From: Desulfobacterales bacterium
GTDB lineage: Bacteria > Desulfobacterota > Desulfobacteria > Desulfobacterales > SpSt-501
Length of the DNA stretch: 64,000 nucleotides
Assembly (NCBI GenBank): GCA_037481615.1
Contig: JBBFLI010000023.1
Reading direction: 5' to 3' (one strand)
The notes under the pieces are model-generated. The model saw only the letters and a list, made by a program, of their open reading frames with translations, made no database searches and had not been told where the DNA came from. How positions within the stretch are numbered: the stretch's first letter is position 1; each line of letters opens with the position of its first letter. The translations under genes and the position numbers were made by a program. Positions 1 to 10,254 of this stretch are shown here, piece by piece.

Positions 1-2336
1 CCGAAGCAGCGCAGGTCCATGTAGAAGACGGCGCAGTCGAGCCCGCCGTGGGCGTGCTCCTTGGCGATCATCGCGTCCTTGATCGCGTACATGCAGCACA
101 CCGAGGAACAGTAGCCGTTGCCCGCGCGGTTGATGTCGCGCGAGCCGACGCACTGCAGCCAGGCGATCCGCTTCGGCTCGCGGCCGTCGAAGGGCCGCAG
201 CAGCCGTCCCTGGGTCGGGCCGGAGGCGGAGAGGATGCGCTCGAACTCGAGGCTGGTGAGCACGTTCGGCGAGCGGCCGTAGAGCAGGACGTCGGCGAAG
301 GGGGCGGGGTCGAAGGGTCGGCTTCCGGGGGCGAGGATGACCGCGCCCACGGAGAGTCTCCGCTCCCGCGGCCGTTCCTCGTGGCGCACGGCCTGCGCGA
401 GGCAGGCGGCGACGCACTGCCGGCACTCGCAGCAGTAGCCGCAGTTGAGGCATCGTCCGGCCTCGGCGCGGCCCTCCTCCTCGGTCAAGCCGAGTTCCAC
501 CTCCCGGAAATTGCCGCGGCGATCCGCGGGGGGGAGCTCCCGCATGCGCGCCCTCGCCCGCGGCGGCTCCCCGGGCGGGATCGGCCGGTGGCGCGCCTCC
601 CCCGGCTCGACGGGCCCGCGGCCCTGGGCGAGGTCGGCCCCGTCCAGGAAGCGCACGATCGAGACGGCGGCCTCCTTGCCCGCGGCCACGGCACCGATCG
701 CCACCCAGGGGCCGGTCACGAGGTCGCCGCCGGCGAAGACGCCGGGGATCCCGGTGGCGAAGGTGACGGGGTCGGCCTCGAGCGTCCCCCAGCGGGAGAC
801 GGCGAGGCCCGCCGCGCGCTCGAGGGCCGCGAGATCCGGCCGCTGGCCGATGGCGGCGATCAGCTGGTCGCATTCGATCTCGAACTCGCTGCCCGGCACG
901 GGGACGGGGCGCCTGCGGCCCGAGGAGTCCGGCTCCGTCAGGCGCATGCGGATGCAGCGCAGGCCGCGCACACGGCCCTCCTCGAGCAGGATCTCCTGCG
1001 GGGCGGCGAGGTAGACGATGCGGGCCCCCTCCTCCTCCGCGGCGCGGATCTCCTCCTCCCAGGCGGGCATCTCGGCCCGCGTGCGGCGGTAGAGGATCGT
1101 CACCTGCTCGGCCGCGAGCCGCAGCGCCGAGCGGGCGACGTCGATGGCGACGTTCCCCCCGCCCACGATGACCACATGGCGGCCGACCGCGGCGCGGCCC
1201 GTGAGGTTCACCTCGCGCAGGAAGTCGACCCCCTGGCGCACCCCCCGGCCGCGCTCGCCGGGGATGCCGAGCTCGATGCCGCGATGCGCGCCGAGAGCGA
1301 GGTAGACGGCGCGGAAGCCCTGCGCGAAGAGATCCTCGAGGCCGAAATCCCGGCCGAGCGCGACCCCGGTGCGGATCTCCACCCCCAGGCGCGTGACGAC
1401 CTCGATTTCGCGGTCGAGCACCTCGCGCGGCAGACGGTGGGGCGGGATGCCGGCCCGCAGCATGCCGCCGGGCTCGGGGAGGGCCTCGAAGATCACCGAG
1501 CCGATGCCGCGGCGGGCGAGATGGTAGGCGCAGGAGAGTCCGGCCGGCCCGGAGCCCACGATCGCCACCCGTTCGGGGCGGGGGGGATCGCAGGGGACGG
1601 GGATCTCCCGCGGGTCGGCCCGGTCGGCGGCCAGGCGCTTGAGGTCGCGGATGGCGACGGGCTCGTCCTTCTCGGCGCGGCGGCAGGCGTTTTCGCAGCC
1701 GTGGGGGCAGATGCGGCCGAGCACGCCGGGGAGGGGGAGGTCCTCGAGGATGATGGCGAGCGATTCGCGGTATTTCCCCTCCTTGACCATCTGGACATAG
1801 CCCTGGACGTTCAGGCCCGCCGGGCAGGCCGTGCGGCAGGGGGCGGGGTCGGCCTTCTCGATGGCGAAGGCGCCGGGGATCGCCTGGGCGTAGAGCTTGT
1901 AGGCCGCGCGGCGCTTCGAGAGCCCCTCGTCGTACTCGTTGGGGAGCGAAACCGGGCAGACGCGGGCGCACTCCCCGCAGCTCGTGCACTTCACCGGGTC
2001 GATGTAGCGCGGCCCCTCGCGCACCACGGCGGTGAAGGCTCCGGGTGCGCCCTCGAGGGAGAGGACCTCGGCGTTCGTGAGGATCTCGATGTTTCGATGC
2101 CGGCCGACCTCGACCAGTTTGGGCGAGACGATTCACATCGCGCAGTCGTTGGTCGGGAAGGTCTTGTCCAGGCGGGACATCAGCCCGCCGATCGCCGAGG
2201 ATCGCTCCGCGAGGTAGACGCGGAAGCCGGACTGGGCGAGGTCGAGCGCGGCCTGCATGCCGGCGATCCCGCCGCCCACCACGAGGACCGCCCCCGTCGG
2301 GTCGGAGGAGGTGCCGCTCGTCGGATCGAGTGCCAT
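1..2336 (-). CDS. hdrA: HdrL-type heterodisulfide reductase A-like flavoprotein with inserted GltD-like NAD(P)H module; probable selenoprotein (UGA 2133-2135); 3' end runs off the window
   Basis: ATG 2336 gives MALDP..VLVVGGGIAGMQAALDLA..LDKTFPTNDCAM-UGA-IVSPKLVEVGRH. The segments I translated downstream continue in frame: ferredoxin CTSCGECARVCP, GltD-like PCRTACP/GRICPHGCENAC, GSGPAG, GGGNVAIDVAR..ILYRR, CLNCGYCCECRQC, and HdrA WLQCVGSRD..YCSSVCCMYAIK. Most of this frame is absent from the ORF track. Confidence 0.9.
2100..2117 (-). promoter_or_regulatory. Bacterial SECIS-like hairpin of hdrL-1
   Basis: Begins 15 nt after the UGA: CUGGUCG-AGGU-CGGCCGG, a 7-bp stem with two G-U pairs and G among the first two loop positions. 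Identical to the hairpin at 5518-5535. Confidence 0.75.
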
Positions 2337-2392
2337 GGGTTCCCCCCTTTGCCGTTTCCGTTCTGCCGCCGCCGTCCCGGCGGCGGCAGGCT

Positions 2393-3265
2393 TCAGAGTG
2401 CCTCCACGATCTCCGGCAGCTTGTCCTCCCAGCCGAGGGTGGCGACCGCCACCGCCCGGTAGCCGCGGGCGCGCAACGCGCGGATCCCCTCGACGGCGAT
2501 CTGGACGCATTCGCGCACCTTGTCGGGCGCCTTCTGGAGGCGCTCGATCGTCTCGGGGGGAATGCGGATGTGGGGCACGTTGCGCTCGATGTAGCGCGCC
2601 ATGCCGAGGGATTTGAGCAGCAGGATCGTCGGCACGAGCCTCTCCCGGCCCTGACCGAGCCGGCGCACGACCGGCTCGAGGAATTCGGGGTCGAAGATCG
2701 GCGGGGTGATGAAAAAGCGGGCCCCGGCCTGCAAGCGCCGGGCGATGTCCTCGGCCTCGAGTTCCGCCGAGCGCCCGGGGGAGCCGGCCTGGGTGGTCGC
2801 CCCCGTGAAGAAGCGGGGGGCCCCCTCCAGGTCGACCCCGGCCAGGTCGCGGCCGCGCTCGAGCCCGCCGATCGCCTCGAGGAGCTCGATCGCACTCAGA
2901 TCGTAGACCGCCCGGGCGCGGTGGTGGTCGCCGAGGCTGGGGTCCTCCCCGCTCACGACGACGAGGTTTTCGACGCCGCAGGCGAAGGCGGCGAGGAGGT
3001 CGCCCTGGAGGGCGAGGCGGTTGCGGTCCCGGCAGCAGACCTGCATCACGGGCTCCATGCCCTCCCGCCGCAGCAGGAAGGCCGCCCCCAGGGCGCTCAT
3101 GCGCATCACCGCCTGATGCATCTCCGGCACGATGAAGGCGTCGACGCGCTCCTTCACCCGGCGCGCATGGTCGAGCATCGGCGCCACGTGAACGCCCTTG
3201 GGCGGCTCGAGTTCCGCCAGGAGGACGAATTCCCCCGCCGCAAGCTTCTCTCTGAGCGACATCAC
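2393..3265 (-). CDS. Methylenetetrahydrofolate reductase (MetF)-like protein, divergent paralog
   Basis: LAELEPPKG, VDAF, EPVMQVCCRDRNRLALQGDLL, GARFFITPPIFD, ATLGWE. Alignable by eye with the MetF at 10985-11914. Confidence 0.85.
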   Translation of the reverse strand: MMSLREKLAAGEFVLLAELEPPKGVHVAPMLDHARRVKERVDAFIVPEMHQAVMRMSALGAAFLLRREGMEPVMQVCCRDRNRLALQGDLLAAFACGVENLVVVSGEDPSLGDHHRARAVYDLSAIELLEAIGGLERGRDLAGVDLEGAPRFFTGATTQAGSPGRSAELEAEDIARRLQAGARFFITPPIFDPEFLEPVVRRLGQGRERLVPTILLLKSLGMARYIERNVPHIRIPPETIERLQKAPDKVRECVQIAVEGIRALRARGYRAVAVATLGWEDKLPEIVEAL

Positions 3266-3318
3266 CGCGATCCTCCTTCCGCTGCGCCCCGAGACCGCCT
3301 CCGAATACCCGGGGGTTT

Positions 3319-3335
3319 GGCAAACTCCATGCCCC
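3319..3335 (-). promoter_or_regulatory. Sigma54 (-24/-12) promoter for the metF-like/hdrL-1 operon
   Basis: Minus strand GG-CATGGAGTTT-GC (GG-N10-GC with TTGC), about 55 nt upstream of the start at 3265. A divergent sigma54 activator is adjacent, and an imperfect IHF-like site (TTTCAACGGTTTT, minus strand) lies at about 3421-3433. Confidence 0.65.
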
Positions 3336-3604
3336 GGCGGCGAAAAGCGGCTGGCATTTCGTTATTCCATGAAAAACTGGATGGTTGTACGACGGCGCGC
3401 CCTCTGCGCGGACGACCGGGAAAACCGTTGAAATCCGTCACGAACCCTGCCAAAATGGAAGAGCGGCTGCGGTTATCAAACCATGTCGGTGGGTTGTGCA
3501 GGTGTTCCGCCCCGGCACGGGGGCCTGCCATTGCGGCAGGGAGAGGAAAGCGACCCGGGCCTTCCCGGGCGATTCCCGCCGAGGGCGGTAGAGGATGGGA
3601 GTCC

Positions 3605-4972
3605 ATGAGCGGACCGCGCATCCTGGTCGTCGACGACGACCGGGACTATCTCGAATTGATGGAGCGCCGCCTGCGGGCGGCCGGCTATGAGTCTCTCGAG
3701 CTCTACGACGACCCGCTGCCGGCCCGGGAGCGTTTCACCGCCGGCCCGGAGGTGGATCTCGCCCTGATCGACGTCGGGCTTCCGGGGATGGACGGCCGGG
3801 AGCTTCTCGAGTGGATCAAGAATCACAGCGCGGCGACCGAGTGCCTCCTGGTGACGGCGATGAACGACGCGCGGACCGCGATCGCCTGCCTGCGCCTCGG
3901 CGCCTACGACTATCTCGTCAAGCCGGTCTCCGAGGAGGACCTCGTCTTCGCCGTGCGCCGTGCCCTCGAGCGCAAGCGGCTGCTCGACGTGCTGTCGATC
4001 GAGCGCAGCCGTCGCCCCCCCGCCTTCGAGCATCCCGAGGCCTTCGCGGGGATCCTCACCGCCTCCGCGGCCTTGCGCAAGGTGCTCAAGGAGGCCGAGC
4101 TCCACGCCGCGAGCGACATGCCGATCCTGATCACGGGGGAGAGCGGCACGGGAAAGGAGCTTCTCGCGCGCGCGATCCACCGCGCCAGCCCGCGCCGCGA
4201 CCGGCCGTTTCTGCCGGTCAACATGGCCGCGCTCTCGGCCGAGCTCTTCGAGTCGGAGTTTTTCGGCCATGTCCGGGGAGCCTTCACCGGAGCGGAAAAA
4301 GACCGGCCGGGCCACCTGCGTTCCTGCGCGGGCGGGACCCTTTTTCTCGACGAGATCGGAAACCTCTCGCCCGCCTTGCAGGGGAAGCTCCTGCGCGTGT
4401 TGCAGGACGGGGAATTCACCCCCGTCGGGAGCTCGCTCCCCCAGCGGGCCGACGTGCGCTTCATCGCCGCCACCAACGAAGATCTCGAAGCGCTGATCGC
4501 CGGCCGGCGCTTCCGGCTCGATCTCTATTACCGCATCCGCGGCAGCTGGCTGCATCTGCCGCCGCTGCGCGAGCGTCGCGAAGACATCCCGCTCCTGGTC
4601 GCGCACTTTCTCGCGGAGCTCGGGGTCCCGCCCCCGGAGCGCGAGCCAGGCCCGGGGGTGATCGAGGCGCTTTCCGCCCACGATTTCCCGGGAAACGTGC
4701 GCGAACTGCGCTCCATCCTGCAGGCGGCGGTCAACCTCGCCCGCGGCGGGCGGATCGCCCTCGAGCACCTGCCGCCCGGCCTGCGCGCGAAAAGGATCCC
4801 GACGGCCTGCTTCCTCCGTGACGGGACCCCGCTCAGGCTCGCCGACGTCGAAAAACACCACATCCTCACCGTCTACGAGCGGCTCGACCGCAACAAGGTG
4901 CGCACCGCCCGGGCGCTCGACATCGGCCTGAACACGCTGCGGCGCAAGCTGCGGGCTTACGGAGAGAGCTGA
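3605..4972 (+). CDS. Sigma54-dependent response regulator (NtrC family: REC-AAA+-Fis HTH)
   Basis: ILVVDDD and LIDVGLPGMDG receiver motifs; GESGTGKE, GAFTGA, LFLDEIG, FPGNVREL; C-terminal NKVRTARALDIGLNTLRRKL. No cognate histidine kinase in the window. Confidence 0.95.
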   Translation: MSGPRILVVDDDRDYLELMERRLRAAGYESLELYDDPLPARERFTAGPEVDLALIDVGLPGMDGRELLEWIKNHSAATECLLVTAMNDARTAIACLRLGAYDYLVKPVSEEDLVFAVRRALERKRLLDVLSIERSRRPPAFEHPEAFAGILTASAALRKVLKEAELHAASDMPILITGESGTGKELLARAIHRASPRRDRPFLPVNMAALSAELFESEFFGHVRGAFTGAEKDRPGHLRSCAGGTLFLDEIGNLSPALQGKLLRVLQDGEFTPVGSSLPQRADVRFIAATNEDLEALIAGRRFRLDLYYRIRGSWLHLPPLRERREDIPLLVAHFLAELGVPPPEREPGPGVIEALSAHDFPGNVRELRSILQAAVNLARGGRIALEHLPPGLRAKRIPTACFLRDGTPLRLADVEKHHILTVYERLDRNKVRTARALDIGLNTLRRKLRAYGES

Positions 4973-5013
4973 AAACTCGATCCAACCCCTTGAATTTTAT
5001 ACACCGATTTCTC

Positions 5014-5042
5014 TTGACAGCCCCCGGCGGAACGAGCATAAT
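5014..5042 (+). promoter_or_regulatory. Sigma70-type promoter of the hdrL-mvhD-metVF operon
   Basis: TTGACA(5014-5019)-N17-CATAAT(5037-5042), with AT-rich sequence upstream. Confidence 0.75.
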
Positions 5043-5313
5043 CGCATCCTTCATGGGCTTGCCACGCGGTGGCAGCCGTTCTATTCCACGCGGCAGGAAG
5101 AAAACGGGATTGGTCAAGCTCCCCCCCGCCGTACACCCGATCGGGCGCTTTCACCCCGAGCTCTCCGTTTCCCCGGCCCGCTTCCGTCCTGCCCGGAAAA
5201 GGCGCCTCGCGGAGGCCGCCCCCGCCGTCGCGGCGGGGCCCGCTCTCTTGTGCCGCCGCCTGCGGCGGCTGGACCGTCCTCAAGCGCACGAAACCTGAAG
5301 GAGACCTCGACGG

Positions 5314-8300
5314 ATGGAAACCAACCGGAGCGTTCCCAGCGGATCGGTTCTCGTGGTCGGCGCCGGCATCGCCGGCATGCAGGCCGCTCTCGATCTCGCC
5401 AACGCGGACTACAAGGTCTACCTGGTCGACCGCCAGACGGCGGTCGGCGGGCTGATGGCCCAGCTGGACAAGACCTTCCCCACCAACGACTGCGCGATGT
5501 GAGTGATCTCGCCCAAACTGGTCGAGGTCGGCCGGCACACGAACATCGAGCTCGTCACGAATGCGGAACTCGTCGATCTGAAGGGCGAACCGGGCCGCTT
5601 CACGGCCGTGGTGCGCAAGCAGCCCCGCTTTGTGGATTTGGCGAAGTGTACGGCGTGCGGGGAGTGTGCGAAGGTTTGTCCGATCGAGGTGCGGAACGAC
5701 TACGACGAGGGGCTTTCGGCCCGCAAGGCGGCCTACAAGCTCTATCCGCAGGGGATGCCGGGGGCCTATGCGATCGAGAAGCGCGGCACGGCCCCCTGCA
5801 AGGCGACCTGCCCGGCGCACGTGAGTGTGCAGGGCTACATCGCGCTGGTGAACCAGGGGCGTTACCGGGAGGGGCTGGAGCTCTTCCGCGAGGAGCACCC
5901 GTTTCCGGGGGTGTGCGGCCGGGTGTGTCATCACCCGTGCGAGGGGGAGTGCACGCGGGGTGCGGTGGACGAGGCGCTGGCGATCCGGGAGCTGCACCGG
6001 TTTTTGTTCGACTGGGAGCGGGCGGCGGGGGAGCTGGCGGTGCCGCAGGCGGAGGAGACGCGGCCGGAGAAGGTGGCGGTGATCGGCTCGGGGCCGGCGG
6101 GGTTGTCGGCGGCGTATTTTCTGGCGCGGCGGGGATACCGGGTGACGGTGTTCGAGAAGCTTCCGGTGGCGGGGGGGATGATGGCCGTGGGGATTCCCGC
6201 CTACCGGCTGCCGCGGGAGGTGTTGGAGCGGGAGATCGAGCTGATCCGGCGCCTGGGGGTGGAGATCCGCACCGGGGTGGCGCTGGGGCGGGAGGTGAGC
6301 TTCGAGAGCCTGAAGGCCGAGGGATACGGCGCGGTGTTCGTGGCCGTGGGGCTGCACGGGGGCCGGCGGCTGGGAGTGGAGAACGAGGATGCGGCGGGGG
6401 TGCTGCAGGGGGTGGATTTCCTGCGGCGGGTGTCGCTGGGGGAGAAGGTCGAGATCGGCCGCGAGGTGCTGGTCGTGGGCGGCGGCAACGTGGCGGTGGA
6501 TGTGGCGCTCACGGCGAAGCGGCTGGGGGCGCAGTCGGTGACGATGGTGTGCCTCGAGCGGCGGGAGGAGATGCCGGCCTGGGCGCACGAGATCCAAGAG
6601 GCGCTCGAGAGCGACATCCGCATCGTGAACAGCTTCGGGCCGAAGGCGTTTTTCATCGATGCTTCGCGGCGGGTGTCGGGGATCGAGTTCAAGTCGTGCA
6701 CGGCGGTCTTCGACGAGAGCGGGCGGTTCAACCCGAGCTTCGACGAGTCTTCCTGCCAGGCGATGTTCGCCGACACGGTGATTTTGGCGATCGGCCAGAC
6801 GCTGGAGCGGGGGGACTTGGCGGAGGCGGGGGTGCCGTTGCGGGGCCCGGGGCTGGAGGCGGACCCGGTGACGCTGCAGACGCCGCTCGGCTGGGTGTTT
6901 GCGGGGGGCGATGCGCTCTACGGGCCGAAGTCGGTGGTGGAGGCGGTGGCCTGCGGCAAGGAGGCGGCCGAGAGCATCCACCGCTATCTGAACGGGCAGG
7001 ATCTGCGTGCGGGGCGGCCGCGGCGCTGGGAGATGGTGCGGCCGGAGGGGGTCGAGGAGCCGCGACGGCGGCGGGTGCCGGTGCGCTGCTTGGAGCCTGC
7101 GGCGCGGGAGTGCAATTTTCTCGAGGTTTCCTACGGCTACGACGAGACCGAGGCCCGTGCCGAGGCGTCGCGCTGCCTGCGCTGCGGCGTCTGCTCGGAG
7201 TGCTACCGGTGCGTCAAGGCCTGCCTCGCCCAGGCCGTCGACCACGGCCAGCGGGAGGAGACGCTCGAAATCCCGGTCGGGGCGGTGATCCTGGCGCCGG
7301 GCTGCGAGCCCTTCGACCCCGCGCGCCTCGAGAACATCTACCGCTACCGCACCAGCCCCAACGTCCTCACCAGCCTCGAGTTCGAGCGCATCCTCTCGGC
7401 CACGGGCCCCACCCAGGGGCACCTTCAGCGGCTCTCCGACGGCCGCGAGCCGAAGCGCATCGCCTGGCTGCAGTGCATCGGCTCCCGCGACAACAACCAG
7501 TGCGGCAACTCCTACTGCTCCTCGGTCTGCTGCATGTACGCGATGAAGGATGCGATGATCGCCAAGGAGCACGCGCACGGGGAGCTCGAGTGCACGATCT
7601 TCAACATGGACATCCGCAGCTTCGGCAAGGACTACGAGAAGTATTACAACCGCGCGATCCGCGAGGGCATCCGCTTCGTGCGCTCGCGCGTGCACTCGGT
7701 CGACGTCCTGCCGGAGACGGGGAACCTGTCGCTGCGTTACGTGGACGAGGCGGGGGAGATCAAGGTCGAGGAATACGATCTCGTCGTGCTCTCGGTCGGC
7801 CTGCAGGTGCCGCGGGCGACCGAGGAGCTGGCCGCGAGGATCGGCGTGCGGCTGCTCCCCTCGCGGTTCGCCGCGACCGACCCGTTTGCGCCGGTGTCGA
7901 CCTCGCGGCCGGGGGTTTACGTCTGCGGCGCCTTCCAGGGGCCCAAGGACATCCCCGGATCGGTCACCGAGGCGAGCGCGGCGGCCGCCGCGGCGGCGGC
8001 GGATCTCGCCGCCGCCCGCGGCCGCGACATCGTGCGCCTCGAGCTGCCCGAGGAGATCGACGTCTCGGGGCAGGAGCCGCGGATCGGGGTCTTCGTCTGC
8101 AACTGCGGGATCAACATCGGCGGTGTCGTCGACGTCCCCGCCGTGCGCGCCTACGCGGAGAAGCTCCCCTACGTCGCCTTCGCCGACGAGAACCTCTTCA
8201 CCTGCAGCCAGGACACCCAGGAGAAGATCAAGGAGAAGATCCGCGAGCACGGCCTGAACCGTGTCGTGGTCGCCTCCTGCAGCCCCAAGACCCACGCGCC

Positions 8301-9753
8301 CATGTTCATGGAGACGCTCGAGGCCTGCGGCCTGAACCGCTACCTCTTCGAGATGGCGAACATCCGCAACCAGGACTCCTGGGTCCACGCCGACGACTGC
8401 GAGGCGGCGACGCGCAAGGCGAAAGAGCTGGTGCGCATGTCGGTCGCGCGCGCGGCCGCGCTGCGGCGGCTGGAGAGCAAGACCGTCCCCATCCACAAGC
8501 AGGCCCTCGTCGTGGGCGGCGGTGTGGCGGGGATGAACGCGGCGCTCGCGCTCGCCGAGCAGGGGTTCCCGGCGGTGATCGTGGAGAAGGAGCCCCAACT
8601 CGGCGGCTTCGCGCGCCGGCTCCACCACACGATCGAGGGGGCGGACATCGCGGCCTATCTCCGCGAGCTGGTCGGACGCGTCCGCGACAACCCGCGCATC
8701 CGCGTCGTCACCTCCGCGCGCATCACCGGCTTCGAGGGCTTCAAGGGCAATTTTCAGACGACCGTCGTCGCCGGGCCGGAAGGGGCGGCGGAGAAGATCC
8801 CCCACGGGGCGCTGATCCTCGCCACCGGAGCCCTCGAGTACCGCCCCTCGGAGTACGGCTACGGCGCAGACCCGCGCGTTTCGACCCAGGTCGAGTTCGG
8901 CGATCTCCTCGCCCGCGGAGAGGAGACCTCGGGCCTGCAGACCGTGGTCATGATCCAGTGCGTGGGCTCGCGCAACGAGAAGAACGAAAACTGCTCGCGG
9001 GTCTGCTGCCAGAGCGCGGTCAAGAACGCGCTCGCCCTGAAGGAGACCTCGCCCGACAGCCAGGTCTACATCCTCTACCGCGACATGCGCACTTACGGCC
9101 TGCTCGAGGACCACTACACCGAGGCCCGCCGCCGCGGGGTGATTTTCATCCGCTTCGAGCCCGAGGCCGCCCCGCAGGTCGACTTCGGCCCGGAGGCCGT
9201 CCGGGTGCGGGTGCGCGATCCCATCCTGCAGCGGGACCTCGAGATCGCCGCCGACCGGCTGGTGCTGAGCGCCGGGGTCGTCGCCGCGGACACCTCCGAG
9301 CTGAGCGCGCTCATGAAGGTGAACCGCAACCCCGAGGGCTTCTTTATCGAGGCGCACGTGAAGCTGCGGCCGGTGGACATGCCGAGCGAGGGGGTCTACG
9401 TCTGCGGCACGGCCCACGGGCCGAAGCTCATCTCGGAGGCGATCGCCCAGGCGAAGGCGGCGGCGGCGCGTGCGGCGACGCTGCTCTGCCGCGATGCGAT
9501 CCGCCTTTCGGCCATCACGGCCAAGGTCGACCCCGAGCACTGCGTCAAGTGCCTGACCTGCGTGCGCTCCTGCCCCTTCGGCGTGCCGCAGTTCAACGAG
9601 CAGAGCCGTGTGGTCGAGATCAACGAGGCTCTCTGCCGCGGCTGCGGCGTCTGCACGGCGGTCTGCCCGCGGCAGACGATCCGCCTGAGCTACTACGAGG
9701 ACGAGCAGATCGTCTGCAAGATCGAGGCGCTCTTGAGCGAGGAGGTGGCCTGA
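5314..9753 (+). CDS. hdrA: HdrL-type flavoprotein (tandem HdrA domains, inserted ferredoxin and GltD-like NAD(H) module); probable selenoprotein (UGA 5500-5502)
   Basis: ORFs 5314..5502 and 5503..9753 are in one frame, joined by LDKTFPTNDCAM-UGA-VISPKLVEVG where HdrA normally has CxxC. Motifs: CTACGECAKVCP, PCKATCP, GRVCHHPCEGEC, GSGPAG, GGGNVAVD, QCIGSRD..YCSSVCC, IGVFVCNCG, a second VVGGGVAG, and C-terminal CVKCLTCVRSCP/CRGCGVCTAVCP. SD-like aaggag upstream. Confidence 0.93.
5518..5535 (+). promoter_or_regulatory. Bacterial SECIS-like hairpin of hdrL-2
   Basis: CUGGUCG-AGGU-CGGCCGG begins 15 nt after the UGA. It lies within a 31-nt stretch identical to the hdrL-1 paralog. Confidence 0.75.
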
Positions 9754-10196
9754 TGGTCGAGTTCGAACCCACGATCATCGCCTTCTGCTGCGAATACTGA
9801 GGTTACTCGGCCGCGGACCTGGCAGGTTCCATGCGACTGAGCTACCCGGCGAACGTGAAGATCATCCTCGTCCCCTGCACGGGCAAGGTGGACGTGATGC
9901 ACCTGCTGCAGGCGATCCAGCGGGGCGCCGACGGGGTCTACTGCGTCGGCTGCCTCGAGGGCGCCTGCCACTACAACCAGGGCAACCTCCGCTGCCGCGA
10001 GCGGGTCGAGCGCGTGCGCGAGATCCTGCAGGAAATCGGCCTTGAGCCGGACCGGGTGCGGATGTACAACCTCTCCTCGGGGGAGGCGCCCACCTTCGTC
10101 GCCTACGCGCGGGAGATGACCGAGCTGATCCGCCGGCTCGGGCCGAACCCGCTCAAGCACTCGAAACCCTCGATCCGGATCGAGCAAGCCGCCTGA
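9753..10196 (+). CDS. mvhD: MvhD/FlpD-family [2Fe-2S] subunit; probable selenoprotein (UGA 9798-9800)
   Basis: The ATG overlaps the hdrL stop (TGATG). Translation: MVEFEPTIIAFCCEY-UGA-GYSAADLAGSMRLSYP..VPCTGKVD..GADGV..GCLEGACHY. The ORF track starts it too late (9831). Confidence 0.92.
9815..9830 (+). promoter_or_regulatory. SECIS-like hairpin of mvhD
   Basis: GGACCU-GGC-AGGUUCC, a short stem with a possible bulged U and a G-starting loop, 14 nt after the UGA. Confidence 0.55.
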
Positions 10197-10254
10197 GGCC
10201 CGGGGGCCGGGGCGGCCCGCCCCTCTTTGCGGGCGGCCGCGGGAGGAGAAAGCG

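Noticed and set aside
48-2462. 804-aa plus-strand ORF
   Set aside because: Antisense shadow of hdrL-1 with no recognisable motifs; long shadow ORFs are expected at this GC content.
5500-5502. Reading the internal TGA codons as nonsense mutations (pseudogenes)
   Set aside because: The same position is affected in two diverged paralogs, it aligns to a Cys site, a hairpin follows, and the frames are otherwise intact.
4957-9800. 1527-aa minus ORF and 1516-aa alternative-frame plus ORF over hdrL-2
   Set aside because: Low-complexity Arg/Gly/Ala shadows. Only the last 15 sense codons of 5250..9800 are real (the MvhD N-terminus).
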